Positions 25,100-35,320 of a stretch of DNA of 64,000 nt are shown here, piece after piece. The translations under genes were made by a program, and so were the position numbers. Source of the DNA: an uncultured delta proteobacterium. GTDB taxonomy: Bacteria; Desulfobacterota; WTBG01; CAIYCZ01. The stretch lies in contig CAWDOY010000003.1 of assembly GCA_963803975.1 (NCBI GenBank), positions 256,001 to 320,000 on the forward strand, in the 5' to 3' direction. Position 1 is the stretch's first letter, and the number at the start of each line of letters is the position of its first letter. The notes beneath the pieces were generated by a model, which was given only the letters and a program-made list of their open reading frames with translations, did not search any database and had not been told where the DNA came from.

Positions 25100-26610
25100 C
25101 AGATGGCAGTGGTGGCGGGATTTACTGCGGGGGTTCCTCAACTCCCACAATCACCAACTGTACCATCTCGGAAAACTACACTAGTCGTTTCGGTGGCGGG
25201 TTTAACGGCTCTTCTTCCTCAACTCAAGTAATAAGAAACAGTATCCTTTGGGGCAATACTGCAGAATTTGGGGGGGCTGAAATTTATCCCGACAACTCTT
25301 CTGCCATTATTGTCACCTACTCTGATATTGAAGGGGAATGGACGGGAATTGGGAATATTAATGCTGACCCGCTATTTGTTGACTCTGCTAATGGTAATTA
25401 TCATTTACAAGCATTATCCCCCTGCATTGATTCGGGAACAAGCAGTGGCGCTCCTTCTACTGATATAGAAGGTGCCTCCAGACCGCGAGGTGCTGGATGT
25501 GATATGGGCGCCTATGAGGTGCAAGCACCATTATTGGTAGGCACCGGTAAGCCGTACAATACAATTCAGTCTGCCATTGATGCTGCGATAGATGGTGACA
25601 CGGTTTTGGTCTACGATGGCATTTATGTTGAGAATATCAATTTCCTCGGCAAAGCAATTACGGTCAAATCAGTAAACGGGGCAGTAAGTACTATAATAGA
25701 CGGTAACCAAAGCGGCAGCGTGGTGACCTTCAATAGTGGCGAGGGTTTAGGGTCGGTTATTGACGGATTTACCATCACCAATGGAAAAGGCTATACGAGT
25801 GGGGGTAATGGTGGCGGGATTTATTGTAACAATAGTTCGCCAACAATAACCAATTGCACCATATCATCGAATAGAGCTGCTGAAGGTGGAGGGATTGGTT
25901 GTCGATCCTCCTCTCCAAGGGTAACTTACTGCACTTTATCAAAAAACCGCAACGATATTACTTGTTGCGCAGGGGGCGCTTTTTACGGGGATGTAAACTC
26001 ATACCCCACCATAACCAACTGCACTTTAGAAGGGAATATGGCAGAATCTTATGGTAATGCGATTTATTCCTACAACCTTGACATGAGTAACTGCATCATA
26101 ATAAATAATGAACCTCTCGATGGTTCGCGTGGTTCAGGAATCTATTGCTTTTCATCACAAATAACAAATTGCCTCATATCTGGGAATTATGGGACTTCTA
26201 TTAGAGCTGTTAACTCGGAAATAAGCAACTGCATTATAACAGGCCCCAGGCAGCAATCTGGTTGGTTTAATATTCCGATATTCGGCGGGATTTCTTCTGC
26301 TAATTCGCATATAACCAACTGCACTATAACAGGCCACAGCGGTCTTGACAATGGCGGGATTTTTTGCAGCGACGAGCCTGACCTTCCTTCAACTACGATA
26401 ATTAATTGCGTCATATCCGGGAATCGGGCTGTGTCGTCAGCCGGATATAGTGGTGGGATTGTTTGCTTAAACTCATCGCCGATTATAATCAATAGCATAA
26501 TCTGGGGTAATACAGCCACCGATTTAAGTACCAAGGAGATTTACCTTTATGGCACTTCTACTGCCAATATCAGCTACTCAGATATTGACCAAGATGGGTT
26601 TGACTTTTAA
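25100..26610 (+). pseudogene. Internal fragment of right-handed beta-helix / choice-of-anchor Q protein
   Basis: GGGIYC..SPTITNCTI repeats; DPLFVD..YHLQ..SPCIDSG..DMGAYE; no start or signal peptide; ends inside the att repeat. Confidence 0.75.
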
Positions 26611-26649
26611 TCCGTAGGTCGTGGGTTCGACCCCCGCGCGGCTCACCAA
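26602..26649 (+). repeat. att copy: duplicated 3' half of tRNA-Lys
   Basis: gacttttaatccgtaggtcgtgggttcgacccccgcgcggctcaccaa. Confidence 0.95.
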
Positions 26650-26710
26650 TAAAATCAAGCACTTAGCCAATTATCGGTTAAGTGCTTTTTTTGTCTCCGC
26701 AGCATCAGTT

Positions 26711-26860
26711 TCAACCCCCAATGTCACCACTTTTTTTAAATATTGCATTTTGCAGCTTCAAAGGAGCCTCAGAATTTACGTCTTTCATCAAATGCCCGTA
26801 AACATCCATGGTGATATTAATTGAGGCATGTCCCATTTGCCCCTGAATTAATTTCGGCTT
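26711..26860 (-). pseudogene. Tyrosine integrase C-terminal remnant
   Basis: Manual translation KPKLIQGQMGHASINITMDVYGHLMK... (box II GH and catalytic Tyr); points toward att; in-frame stop immediately upstream. Confidence 0.85.
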
Positions 26861-26873
26861 CTAAATTCATGAA

Positions 26874-27389
26874 TTAATAAAACTCAATGTCCGAACCATC
26901 TTGTTTGGCAAAACCATGCCGTATAAGAATTGGTCCAACGTAACTTGCCAAAGCTGTTTGTGTTACATGCCCTTGCAGCCATGCACCAACACTGTTTTCC
27001 GGGGCCATATCTTTAGCTGTGCCTATGGGAACTCTTTTTCCCCTGAAGTGATTTATTAAATGCCTGTAATGGTCAACGCAGATGTTGTACGTATATTTAC
27101 CATCCTTACCGTAATAAATTTTTGTACCTTCTGTAAGAGGATTTCCCTCATATTTAAATTCGCTTTTGCCTTTCCACGTTCTTAATGTTGGCATTTTATT
27201 TTCCTCCTTATTAAAATCACTCTCGATTCTCGATAATAGTATTTTTGCCGTTTTGCTTGGCCTTCTTTCACCTCTTTCCCATTGCAGTATGGTAATTTTG
27301 GACACCCCTGCCATTTCTCCGAGTGCCTTCTGAATAAGACCATTGCTTATTCTAAAATCTTTTATCTGCTCTGAAGTCCATTCTTTCAT
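26874..27389 (-). CDS. XRE/Cro HTH regulator read in frame into a ~106-aa unknown domain
   Basis: IKDFR...LGEMAGVSKITILQWERGERRPS; internal AAGGAGG-ATG at 27194. Confidence 0.7.
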   Translation of the reverse strand: MKEWTSEQIKDFRISNGLIQKALGEMAGVSKITILQWERGERRPSKTAKILLSRIESDFNKEENKMPTLRTWKGKSEFKYEGNPLTEGTKIYYGKDGKYTYNICVDHYRHLINHFRGKRVPIGTAKDMAPENSVGAWLQGHVTQTALASYVGPILIRHGFAKQDGSDIEFY

Positions 27390-27400
27390 AGTATTTTTAA

Positions 27401-27427
27401 AGTATAACATTGTTATATTGTTGTCAA
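27401..27427 (-). promoter_or_regulatory. Promoter with palindromic operator TATAACA-T-TGTTATA upstream of the HTH gene
   Basis: Perfect inverted repeat 27403-27417 between TTGACA and TATACT on the minus strand. Confidence 0.6.
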
Positions 27428-27470
27428 TATATATTTACTGCACACTTTTTTCATTATCGCAACCTTACCG

Positions 27471-27599
27471 CAGCATTACCTTTTTGTTATCATCATATCA
27501 TCTGCTTGCACCCGTGGCATAATGCTATATAATGTGATTCATATTAACCCCAGTTTTCACCCTCGACGGTTCCCCCCTCCTCCGTCGGGGGTTTTTTTT
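27471..27599 (+). ncRNA. Candidate small RNA unit (promoter + hairpin with CCCTCCT loop + U tract), copy 1
   Basis: Homologous to 53967-54094; TTGCAC..TATAAT; compensatory stem change between the copies. Confidence 0.55.
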
Positions 27600-28274
27600 A
27601 TCTGCTGCCCTTACTTCTCACGCCTCAATAAATGTGTCATAGTAATAATAAAGATATATATCAATTGCCCCCGGACTGAAGGCATATGTCGAGGAACGGT
27701 TAATTACCCATTCCAAGTCATACCCCCTCTCCGAGGGTATTTTTTTATAGTAACGTCTTGTTGTCTCATCAGCGGTGATTTTTTACTTTGATTCCTTAGT
27801 AGGTTGGTTGCCTGTCTATCGCCCAAAATGCACCCCTAAACTGCCTTCTGTTGAGCCAGCCTGAAGGATATGGGGTCAGGCTTGACATAGTTGAGAAAAA
27901 ATCAGGATAACGCCTTTTAAACGCTCCTATCGCCCTTCACATAAAAACACCAAATTTAAGCCTATCAATAATTCCTTTTCAATCCTGGGCAAAATATTGC
28001 ATGATTCAGATTCAAGAACTTGCAAGTTATGTTTCATTTTTAAAGACAGAAGGCAGAAAACAAGATATTGTGGTTACTGAAAAACCGGCTGAAGATAGAT
28101 ATAACAAACTTCATCAAAGCACTATTTGGTATTTAGGACTGGTCCTGATTTATTAATTTTGATTATTATATTGCCGCACAGCCTTTCTGCGCGGACAAGA
28201 AAATATTAAAAGTGTTTTACCCGTATAAAATGGATGTCGTATCAATATCTTAACAAGGATGGTCAGATCATATC

Positions 28275-28799
28275 ATGGGTCAAGACGATAGTGTAGAAAC
28301 CTGGGCACTTGCTGATGGCACGAAGCTAACGATGCGCCATATCGCACCTACCGATGCCGCCAGAGAGCAAGCGTTCGTACATGGACTTTCACCTCAGTCC
28401 CGCTATCTCCGTTTTCATGGTACGATCAAAGATCTTAGCAAGAAAGACTTAAAGAGGTTTACCGAACCCGATTCGCGAAACGAGGTTGCCCTGATTGTCC
28501 TGCGCAGTGGAGAAACAGGTGAAGAAGAAATCGGAGCTGCACGATACGTTATCGATTCGGATCGGGCGAACTGTGAGTTTGCCATTGTCGTTGCGGACGC
28601 GTGGCAAAAGCGGGGTATTGGGACGAGACTGATGAATGCGTTGATAAGTCACCTTCAGGTAAGTGGGGTAAAACAAATCTCCGGCTCCGTACTTACAAGC
28701 AACTCGGCCATGCGCAAGTTCATAAAGCAGATGGGCTTTGTAGAAACTAATATCCCTGATGATCCTTCAACCCTGTTGGTCATAAAACATCTGGATTAG
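28275..28799 (+). CDS. GNAT N-acetyltransferase (Pat/acyl-CoA ligase GNAT-domain type)
   Basis: LSPQSRYLRF, EFAIVVADAWQKRGIG, N..M..F..GF. Confidence 0.85.
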   Translation: MGQDDSVETWALADGTKLTMRHIAPTDAAREQAFVHGLSPQSRYLRFHGTIKDLSKKDLKRFTEPDSRNEVALIVLRSGETGEEEIGAARYVIDSDRANCEFAIVVADAWQKRGIGTRLMNALISHLQVSGVKQISGSVLTSNSAMRKFIKQMGFVETNIPDDPSTLLVIKHLD

Positions 28800-28906
28800 C
28801 AGCCTCAGTGATACGTCCTCGGCGGACAGTGCCCTGAGGGCAAAGAGATATTTCCCGGAAATCCTGTTGCAAGCAGAATCACCCTCACAACTGAAGGAGA
28901 ACGCAC

Positions 28907-29569
28907 ATGGGTAATATATTTTTTGCGATTTACTGCCTGCTCTACATCTTTCTCATAGCATATGCGTATCGCTTAAAAGCGGCACAGGACCTCCAGCACA
29001 CGCTGCTGCTGATCCTTATGACTGGCCTGCTGTATGACAACTTCATCAGCTTCACCGGGTTTTTGGTTGGTGAGGGAGCTTTGTTAAAAGGGCTGAACAT
29101 TGTCCGCTATGTCCTTCACGCCTTTGCCACGCCGCTGCTGTGCTATATAGTTTTTACAATAGCCCGGAAAATGGGAGTGAAAATATTTCAGAACAGAGTG
29201 TTTGAGGCAGCAGTATGGCTGCTGGTTGCCGGGTTTATGCTGCTGGGATATTGGCACGAACTTGCTTCCATGGATTTTGTCCCGAAGATCAGGTGGGGTG
29301 TCTTGAACTACGTACACGCGGTATCGTCACCGCCGCTGGCGGCAATATTAATAAATGTCTTTGTCATGATTTGCGCCATCTTAATCTGGAGGGCGACCCG
29401 CTGGCCGGTTTTGTTTATCACCAGCCTTCTCATGTTTATCTTCGCGGCCATCCCTATGAGGAATGCGCCGCCCGTACTGGGGAATGCCGGAGAAATTATT
29501 TTCATGTATGGTTTTGTGCTGGCGGAGAAGAAGCTGGCTGGAATGCGAAGACAGTGGTTGAGCGTTTGA
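28907..29569 (+). CDS. Hypothetical multi-pass membrane protein
   Basis: ~7 hydrophobic segments; AAGGAG RBS. Confidence 0.75.
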   Translation: MGNIFFAIYCLLYIFLIAYAYRLKAAQDLQHTLLLILMTGLLYDNFISFTGFLVGEGALLKGLNIVRYVLHAFATPLLCYIVFTIARKMGVKIFQNRVFEAAVWLLVAGFMLLGYWHELASMDFVPKIRWGVLNYVHAVSSPPLAAILINVFVMICAILIWRATRWPVLFITSLLMFIFAAIPMRNAPPVLGNAGEIIFMYGFVLAEKKLAGMRRQWLSV

Positions 29570-29584
29570 AATAATATTTTCAGA

Positions 29585-29732
29585 TGAAGTCATCAATGAA
29601 TTTAATCTATTAAACTACTCTCGCTGCTAATACAAAGTCTGCAGTTTTTTTCCTTTAATACTCACCACAAGATGTTGATTTTTGTCCTCTGCTTCTGTCC
29701 ACTTTCCTTTGAACCGCTACAAACTCCTCAAC
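29585..29732 (+). repeat. Dispersed intergenic repeat, full copy; partial copies at 32882-32978 and 34934-35012
   Basis: Shared gtctgcagtttttt..taatactcaccacaagatgtt and tctgtcc.ctttc.tttgaaccgctaca. Confidence 0.8.
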
Positions 29733-29870
29733 TAAGTACCAATTTAATTGTTTTAATCCATATATAGTATTTATACTTGACATGACCCACTATATACTGT
29801 ATTTCGGACTTCAGTTACTATACACTTGTTTTTCCCCCTTTAACCCCATTGGCTTGAAACAAACAAGAGA

Positions 29871-30641
29871 ATGGATAGAAGAAAGTTTTTATATAATAGC
29901 GTCTCTTTTTTATTGGGAAGCCTCTTTGGGTTCAACAGCTTCACAAAAGCCTTTGCCAGCAGCAACTCCTTCGCAAAACCCGCCATCGCCCTTATCATCG
30001 ATGACATAGGCCCGAATATTTATAAAGCACGGCAATTTCTGGAATTAAATATTCCGCTAACCTTTTCAATCCTGCCGCTCTATCCTCACTCAGAAGAGCT
30101 TGCTTTTGAAGCGCATGACGCAGGCCACGATATCATGCTTCATCAGCCCATGGAGCCATATGCTTCTGAAGCCAATCCCGGGCCGGGAGCGCTGTATGTA
30201 GGAGACGGCCTGCATAAGATTTTCCGCGTGCTGGAGGAAAATCTTTCCGCTGTTCCGTTTGCCATAGGTCTTAATAATCACATGGGCTCGCGGTTTACCG
30301 CTTGCCAGCGGGAAATACGGGAGACCCTTGAGCTTATTAAACAAAAAGGACTGTTCTTTGTGGATAGCCGGACTTCCCCCGACTCGAAAGGCTATAATAT
30401 TGCAAAACAGCTGCAGATGCCTGCTGCCTGCAGAAACATTTTTCTGGATAATGAACTGAATGAGCTGGCCATTCTTTATCAATTAAACAAGCTTGCGGAT
30501 CACGCTAATAAATATGGTCATGCGATCGGCATCGGGCATCCTTTCCCTGAGACAGCCAGGGCCATACGACTTTTTCTTAGCGTCCTTAAAAATTCCAATA
30601 TAACGCTGGTGCACATATCTGATCTGTTATTTCCTGCCTGA
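29871..30641 (+). CDS. Divergent polysaccharide deacetylase (YibQ-like)
   Basis: IIIDDIG, HQPMEP, NNHMGS, FVDSRT, AIGIGHP; RRKFL twin-arginine-like N-terminus. Confidence 0.9.
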   Translation: MDRRKFLYNSVSFLLGSLFGFNSFTKAFASSNSFAKPAIALIIDDIGPNIYKARQFLELNIPLTFSILPLYPHSEELAFEAHDAGHDIMLHQPMEPYASEANPGPGALYVGDGLHKIFRVLEENLSAVPFAIGLNNHMGSRFTACQREIRETLELIKQKGLFFVDSRTSPDSKGYNIAKQLQMPAACRNIFLDNELNELAILYQLNKLADHANKYGHAIGIGHPFPETARAIRLFLSVLKNSNITLVHISDLLFPA

Positions 30642-30693
30642 TGCCTGTGCAAATCCCCTTTTGCGGATATGAACCTTATCTATCCATAGGATT

Positions 30694-32649
30694 CTACTTT
30701 ATTAACCCGCTTTTTGCTAATGCTGGCACTATATCTTCAAGATCAAGGTCTATAAGTTTATTTCGGGTGGGAAGTCCTGTTTCCACATCCCAGCCGCGGG
30801 CCGCGTAATAATCATCCATTACTTTTTTGAACGTTTCTCTGCTTACTGTTTCACCCTTACGGCTGAAAAGCTCACCATTCTTCCCGGGCAGGACAAGATC
30901 AGCATTGAACAGCCCGACGGGCGGGTCCTGTTCATGCAGGGGGGTGGTAAAATTAAATTCCTCAAGAACATCATCAACACGGCCGCGCCGGCCCTCTCGC
31001 AGGTATAGTGCACGGCACAGGTTTGCGCTTCGCTCGCCTGACCGGAGGAAAGCTCGTTCATCCATATCCAGACCGGTCATTGCAGAAAAAAGCCGGGCTT
31101 CAAGCTCCGGATCGCCGACCCCTGTTTCCGTGTTGGCGGTAAAGTCAATCGGCCAGAACCAGTCGCATAAAACCATGTTTTCAAGCGCATATGCGCGGTT
31201 CTGCATCAGTACGGCAGCTGCTCCCTTGTAATCAGGTGAGTCAAATTCTGCCGCGCGTTCATCTCCCCAGAATGTTTTCGCCATGTTGCGAAGCTTTTCT
31301 GTTGTTAAAAAGCCCATCATTCCTTCTGTTCCCATCCATATCATCCATTTGACCATGGGAAAGCTTACCCGGTGAAGCTGAGTTATGGGGTAAACAGGTT
31401 CGGTGGCATATATGGGCGCATTTAATATAAAAAGACGGGGATTGTAATAATCTGCATCAAAGCCGGTTTTTGTTACCAGTCCGTCTAACAGCTTTTCTAC
31501 GCCAAGCTCTTTTGTTGCCCGGCGGCTGCCTTCTGCCAGCAGGTCGCCGACTCCCTTGCGGCTGATGATAAGCGCAGAAAGGTTTTCTATCCATTCGGGA
31601 GTTCCCAGCAGATCAAGTTCTAATCCTGTTGCCTGCGGGTCGACCAGTCCAAGTCTGATTGCTTCGGGGAGCCAGGAAAGCATAAAGCGCAGATCAAGCA
31701 CGCACAGCCCATCCCGGTTTGCAACCTGTGTGGCATGAAAGGTTGTTTCTGCCATTCTGCCGGTTTTTGCCATTTCTTCCTTGTAGTAAAAATACGCTGA
31801 GACACACGGCTTTCGAATGCCGTGCTCGCCGCCCTTGCTTTCATACAAGCCCCGGCGGCAGATGCCGGGACATGCGTAGCAGGGAATATCTTTTATCTTT
31901 TCAATATCTTCAAGGTTCAGCTCGTTCCAGAACCGCCCTGATTCTTCGCCGCTCCATAAAGCTGTTATATCCTTACGCACCTGTTTAAATGCTTCCGGCC
32001 GGGCAGCGCGCAGGGGCGCTTTTTCTGCCCGAACCACAATAGCCTTCAGGTTTTTTGAACCCATAACCGCACCAAAACCTTTGGTGGCGGATACTCCGTC
32101 TGAACCTATAATATTTGCAAATCTGACCTTCATCTCCCCTGCCCTGCTGATGGCAACGACACGGGCAGTATCACCATGCTGTTTTTCAAGGGTTGCAATG
32201 GTATCAAAGCAGTCTTTGCCCCAGAGTCTGCCGGCATCTTCAAACCGGCATGTTCCGTCCTGCTCAATTAAAAGAAAAACGGGTTTCAGTGAGGCTCCAT
32301 AAATATCAAGGCCGTCAAGGCCTGCCCATTTCAGCACAGCGCCGAAGCTGCCGCCAAGATTGGCCGAGGCATACTGTTCGGGCACGGCCATAGGTGATTT
32401 CCCAAGCACGATCCACCGCGAGGCGGCAGGAGCCTGTGTGCCGCACAGCGGGCCGGTCATAAAATAAAGATGATTGCCAGGATCAAAAGCGCTGACCAGG
32501 GGATTCAGTTCATCCCAGTACATGCGGCTTGCAAGGCCGCGGCCACCGATAAAGCGGGAGGCATAAGGCATGCTTGACAGTTCGGCTACAGAATGATTGC
32601 TCAGATTTATCCGTAGCATTTTTCCTGTCCATCCAAAAAACTCTTTCAT
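30694..32649 (-). CDS. Aldehyde:ferredoxin oxidoreductase family (W/Mo-pterin)
   Basis: GWTGKMLRINLS, IGGRGLA, GAVMGSKNLKAI, CYACPGIC, YYAARGWD..GLPT. Confidence 0.9.
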   Translation of the reverse strand: MKEFFGWTGKMLRINLSNHSVAELSSMPYASRFIGGRGLASRMYWDELNPLVSAFDPGNHLYFMTGPLCGTQAPAASRWIVLGKSPMAVPEQYASANLGGSFGAVLKWAGLDGLDIYGASLKPVFLLIEQDGTCRFEDAGRLWGKDCFDTIATLEKQHGDTARVVAISRAGEMKVRFANIIGSDGVSATKGFGAVMGSKNLKAIVVRAEKAPLRAARPEAFKQVRKDITALWSGEESGRFWNELNLEDIEKIKDIPCYACPGICRRGLYESKGGEHGIRKPCVSAYFYYKEEMAKTGRMAETTFHATQVANRDGLCVLDLRFMLSWLPEAIRLGLVDPQATGLELDLLGTPEWIENLSALIISRKGVGDLLAEGSRRATKELGVEKLLDGLVTKTGFDADYYNPRLFILNAPIYATEPVYPITQLHRVSFPMVKWMIWMGTEGMMGFLTTEKLRNMAKTFWGDERAAEFDSPDYKGAAAVLMQNRAYALENMVLCDWFWPIDFTANTETGVGDPELEARLFSAMTGLDMDERAFLRSGERSANLCRALYLREGRRGRVDDVLEEFNFTTPLHEQDPPVGLFNADLVLPGKNGELFSRKGETVSRETFKKVMDDYYAARGWDVETGLPTRNKLIDLDLEDIVPALAKSGLIK

Positions 32650-33081
32650 CAGAAATCTCCTGCAGATATCTGCCCCAATGTACCTAACCCTGATCAAACG
32701 GATACAGACCAAAACAGCACAGGTGATGTGTGTGACTATTAGTGCTTGATAGATTTTGTTCCCATACGGCAGGGTCAGCAATGGCTCTGCCTTTTCTGCT
32801 TAAAAAGTACTACTGGGATACTATCTAACAAAACTGCAGACAACTATCAATCACTAAAAGTCTCAGTAACGCTTTGCAAAAGAAGTCATAAATAAATTTA
32901 AGCTGCTAAACTTCTATCGCCGTTGATACATCGTCTGCAGTTTTTTACCTGTAATACTCACCACAAGATGTTTTGTCCGAATAACCCCTGCCCATAACTT
33001 GCGACGGATTTTTTATTGACACACAATCGCCCCCAACGTATGCTTACCCCATCTAAAAGCGAGTTATTATCAATCTGATGT

Positions 33082-34077
33082 ATGGCATGTTTCGCTGCTA
33101 TTGGGGCGGCGGACCGAACGAGGACTCAGGGCATTATGGGAACTATAGATGTGTTGCATGACCCGATTCTCCGCGTTACAGGGTACCTGCACCAGTCCTA
33201 TGCGGAATCGCTATCTGAACTTGGTGAATCGGTCGAGTTGCCTTATGCAGGGGGATGGATCCTTCGGCGCCAGACACCCATTCTGAATCTTCGCGACGCG
33301 ATGGGGTGCTATCCGATTTTCTGTTGCCGGCAGTGGCAGAGGCTGGTAGATGACCTTGCCCAAATGCGGAAAACTCTGGTTTCTCTGTCATTGGTGGCAG
33401 ATCCGTTTGGCAATTATACCCTGGACGTGCTGAAATCTCTTTTTGATGTGACAGTGCCGTACAAACAACATTTCGTCGCGGACCTCAGTGTGCCTCTGGA
33501 TCGATACACTTCGGCACGGCACCGGAGATACGCGCGCCGGGCACTGGAGAAGATATCGGTGGAAGTCTGTGATCGCCCTGCGATATATTTGGACGAGTGG
33601 GTCAGTCTCTATGACCATCTGGTCGAAAGAAAACATATCACCGGAATACAACGTTTCTCTCGGAAGTCTTTTGCGGGACAGCTTTCCGTGCCGGGATTGG
33701 TGATGTTTCGCGCGACCGAAGGCGATGAGCCACTCAGTCTGGATCTCTGGTATGTTCAGGGCGATGTGGCGTATGCTCATCTCGTCGGCACCAGTCCGCG
33801 CGGGTATGAGCTTCAGGTGTCTTATGGATTGAAGCTGTTCATTTTGCGATACTTCGCCAGTAGGGTTCGATGGGCGGACCTCGGCGCTGTTCCTGGAGTG
33901 AATGCAGATGCATACAGCGGCCTGGCCAGTTTCAAGCGCGGGTGGTCTTCGGAGACGCGCACCGCCTTCTTTTGTGGCAAGATTTTCAACCTGTCGGATT
34001 ACCGGGAGCTGGTTCGGGTCACTAAAAGCGAAGAAACGCCCTTTTTCCCAGCCTACCGCAAAGGAGAGTTCTCTTGA
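33082..34077 (+). CDS. FemAB/GNAT-like acyltransferase, probably glycan-modifying
   Basis: RRYARRA, DLGA.PG....GLASFKRGWS...YR C-terminal motif. Confidence 0.6.
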   Translation: MACFAAIGAADRTRTQGIMGTIDVLHDPILRVTGYLHQSYAESLSELGESVELPYAGGWILRRQTPILNLRDAMGCYPIFCCRQWQRLVDDLAQMRKTLVSLSLVADPFGNYTLDVLKSLFDVTVPYKQHFVADLSVPLDRYTSARHRRYARRALEKISVEVCDRPAIYLDEWVSLYDHLVERKHITGIQRFSRKSFAGQLSVPGLVMFRATEGDEPLSLDLWYVQGDVAYAHLVGTSPRGYELQVSYGLKLFILRYFASRVRWADLGAVPGVNADAYSGLASFKRGWSSETRTAFFCGKIFNLSDYRELVRVTKSEETPFFPAYRKGEFS

Positions 34078-34781
34078 CTACACATATATCCGGTTCTCTG
34101 CGCCGCTTCGTGGTCACCGCTTCATCGGGCGGCGCGGTCGTCAATGAGTGTCTTAAGCACCCATCATTCAGGGCACTTGTTCATTCGGTCGTCTGTGATC
34201 AGACGTGCGGTGCGGCTGAGAAGGCCCGAGCGCACGGCATACCCGTGGAGATATTCTCCGAACCCAACCGCGACGTATTCTGCGATCGCTTGCTCGATTA
34301 CCTGCAGACACACGGAATTGACTATGTGTTTTCCTTCTATACGAAGTTCTACTCTGAGAGAATCCGCCGAGCGTACGTGGATCGTCTGGTGAACCTCCAT
34401 CCAGCTCTGCTGCCCGCTTTCAAGGGCAACGATGCATGGGAGTACGTGCGGGCCTACGGGGCACGCTTCGTCGGCAGTACGGTCGAGTTTATCCACGAGC
34501 GCATGGATGAGGGGAAGATCATCCTCCAGACGGTCTGCCCTTGGGATGCCCGCTACCCTGCTGAGTTCACGCGGCACCGGATCTTCATCCAACAATGCAA
34601 ATCGCTGCTGCAAGTCGCGCAGTGGCTCGCAGATGGTCGCATCAGTACGGATGGCTGTCGTGTGATGGTGCGCGACGCCAAGTTCGACAGCCTGGAGTTT
34701 TCGCCGGCGTTAGATTTTCCCGATGCCATTCACTTCACGTGTCCCGCCCCTCCAGGTTGCGAAGGGGGATCATTCCGTTAG
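34074..34781 (+). CDS. Formyltransferase (PurN-fold, probably sugar N-formyltransferase)
   Basis: VNLHPALLPAFKG, GSTVEF, MDEGKII. Confidence 0.8.
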   Translation: MTTHISGSLRRFVVTASSGGAVVNECLKHPSFRALVHSVVCDQTCGAAEKARAHGIPVEIFSEPNRDVFCDRLLDYLQTHGIDYVFSFYTKFYSERIRRAYVDRLVNLHPALLPAFKGNDAWEYVRAYGARFVGSTVEFIHERMDEGKIILQTVCPWDARYPAEFTRHRIFIQQCKSLLQVAQWLADGRISTDGCRVMVRDAKFDSLEFSPALDFPDAIHFTCPAPPGCEGGSFR

Positions 34782-35217
34782 TGACTGCGAACCATCCATC
34801 GTACTGGTGGGAGCGTTTTTTCCGTTTTATATAACTGCGTTGACCCGGATTATCCTTTTGAAGCCTATATTTAAAAAATCCGTTCAAGGTTCATCTAACT
34901 AAATAAAATTGAAATGTTCAGCATCTATAACGTACTACAAGATAATGATTTTTATCCCTGTATCTGTCCGCTTTCATTTGAACCGCTACACTTCCAAGCA
35001 AACTGCCTCAACATAATTTCTTTCACAGCACTTCATAAAATATTTTTGTTTTAAGTAATTCATTTTTAAAATCGATTTGTAATATATCAAAAGCTTGCCA
35101 ATGGAATTAATTGACATTCCAATAGCCATAAGCGTATAATAATGGTATAATAATAGCAATTTCGCAAGTCTCTCAATTAGTTGAAGTCATTGGCAGAATA
35201 TAGGAGGAGAAAAAAAG

Positions 35218-35302
35218 GTGATTAAAATAAAAGAGGCGGGAAATGATAAAGCAGTTCAGGGATGAACCTCTATCAACCTGCGTGCTTGTGGAGGTTTTTT
35301 TT
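35218..35302 (+). promoter_or_regulatory. Leader ORF (MIKIKEAGNDKAVQG*) plus conserved terminator hairpin
   Basis: AGGAGG RBS, GTG 35218-TGA 35265 overlapping hairpin gaacctcta...gtggaggtt + T8. Confidence 0.6.
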
Positions 35303-35320
35303 AAACGAGAGGAGAAGTCC

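Noticed and set aside
26602..26649. Second tRNA-Lys gene
   Set aside because: It lacks the 5' acceptor strand and D arm; it is an att duplication.
27522..27791. 89-aa ORF, and the similar 53928-54170 ORF
   Set aside because: They run through promoter, hairpin and U-tract sequence with no RBS; the similarity is better explained at the RNA level.
32823..32950. Integron attC site (ATCTAAC followed by an inverted repeat)
   Set aside because: No matching GTTRRRY R' box and no IntI in the window.
34074..34781. purN
   Set aside because: It lacks the SGxGSN phosphate-binding loop and sits with a glycan-type acyltransferase rather than pur genes.
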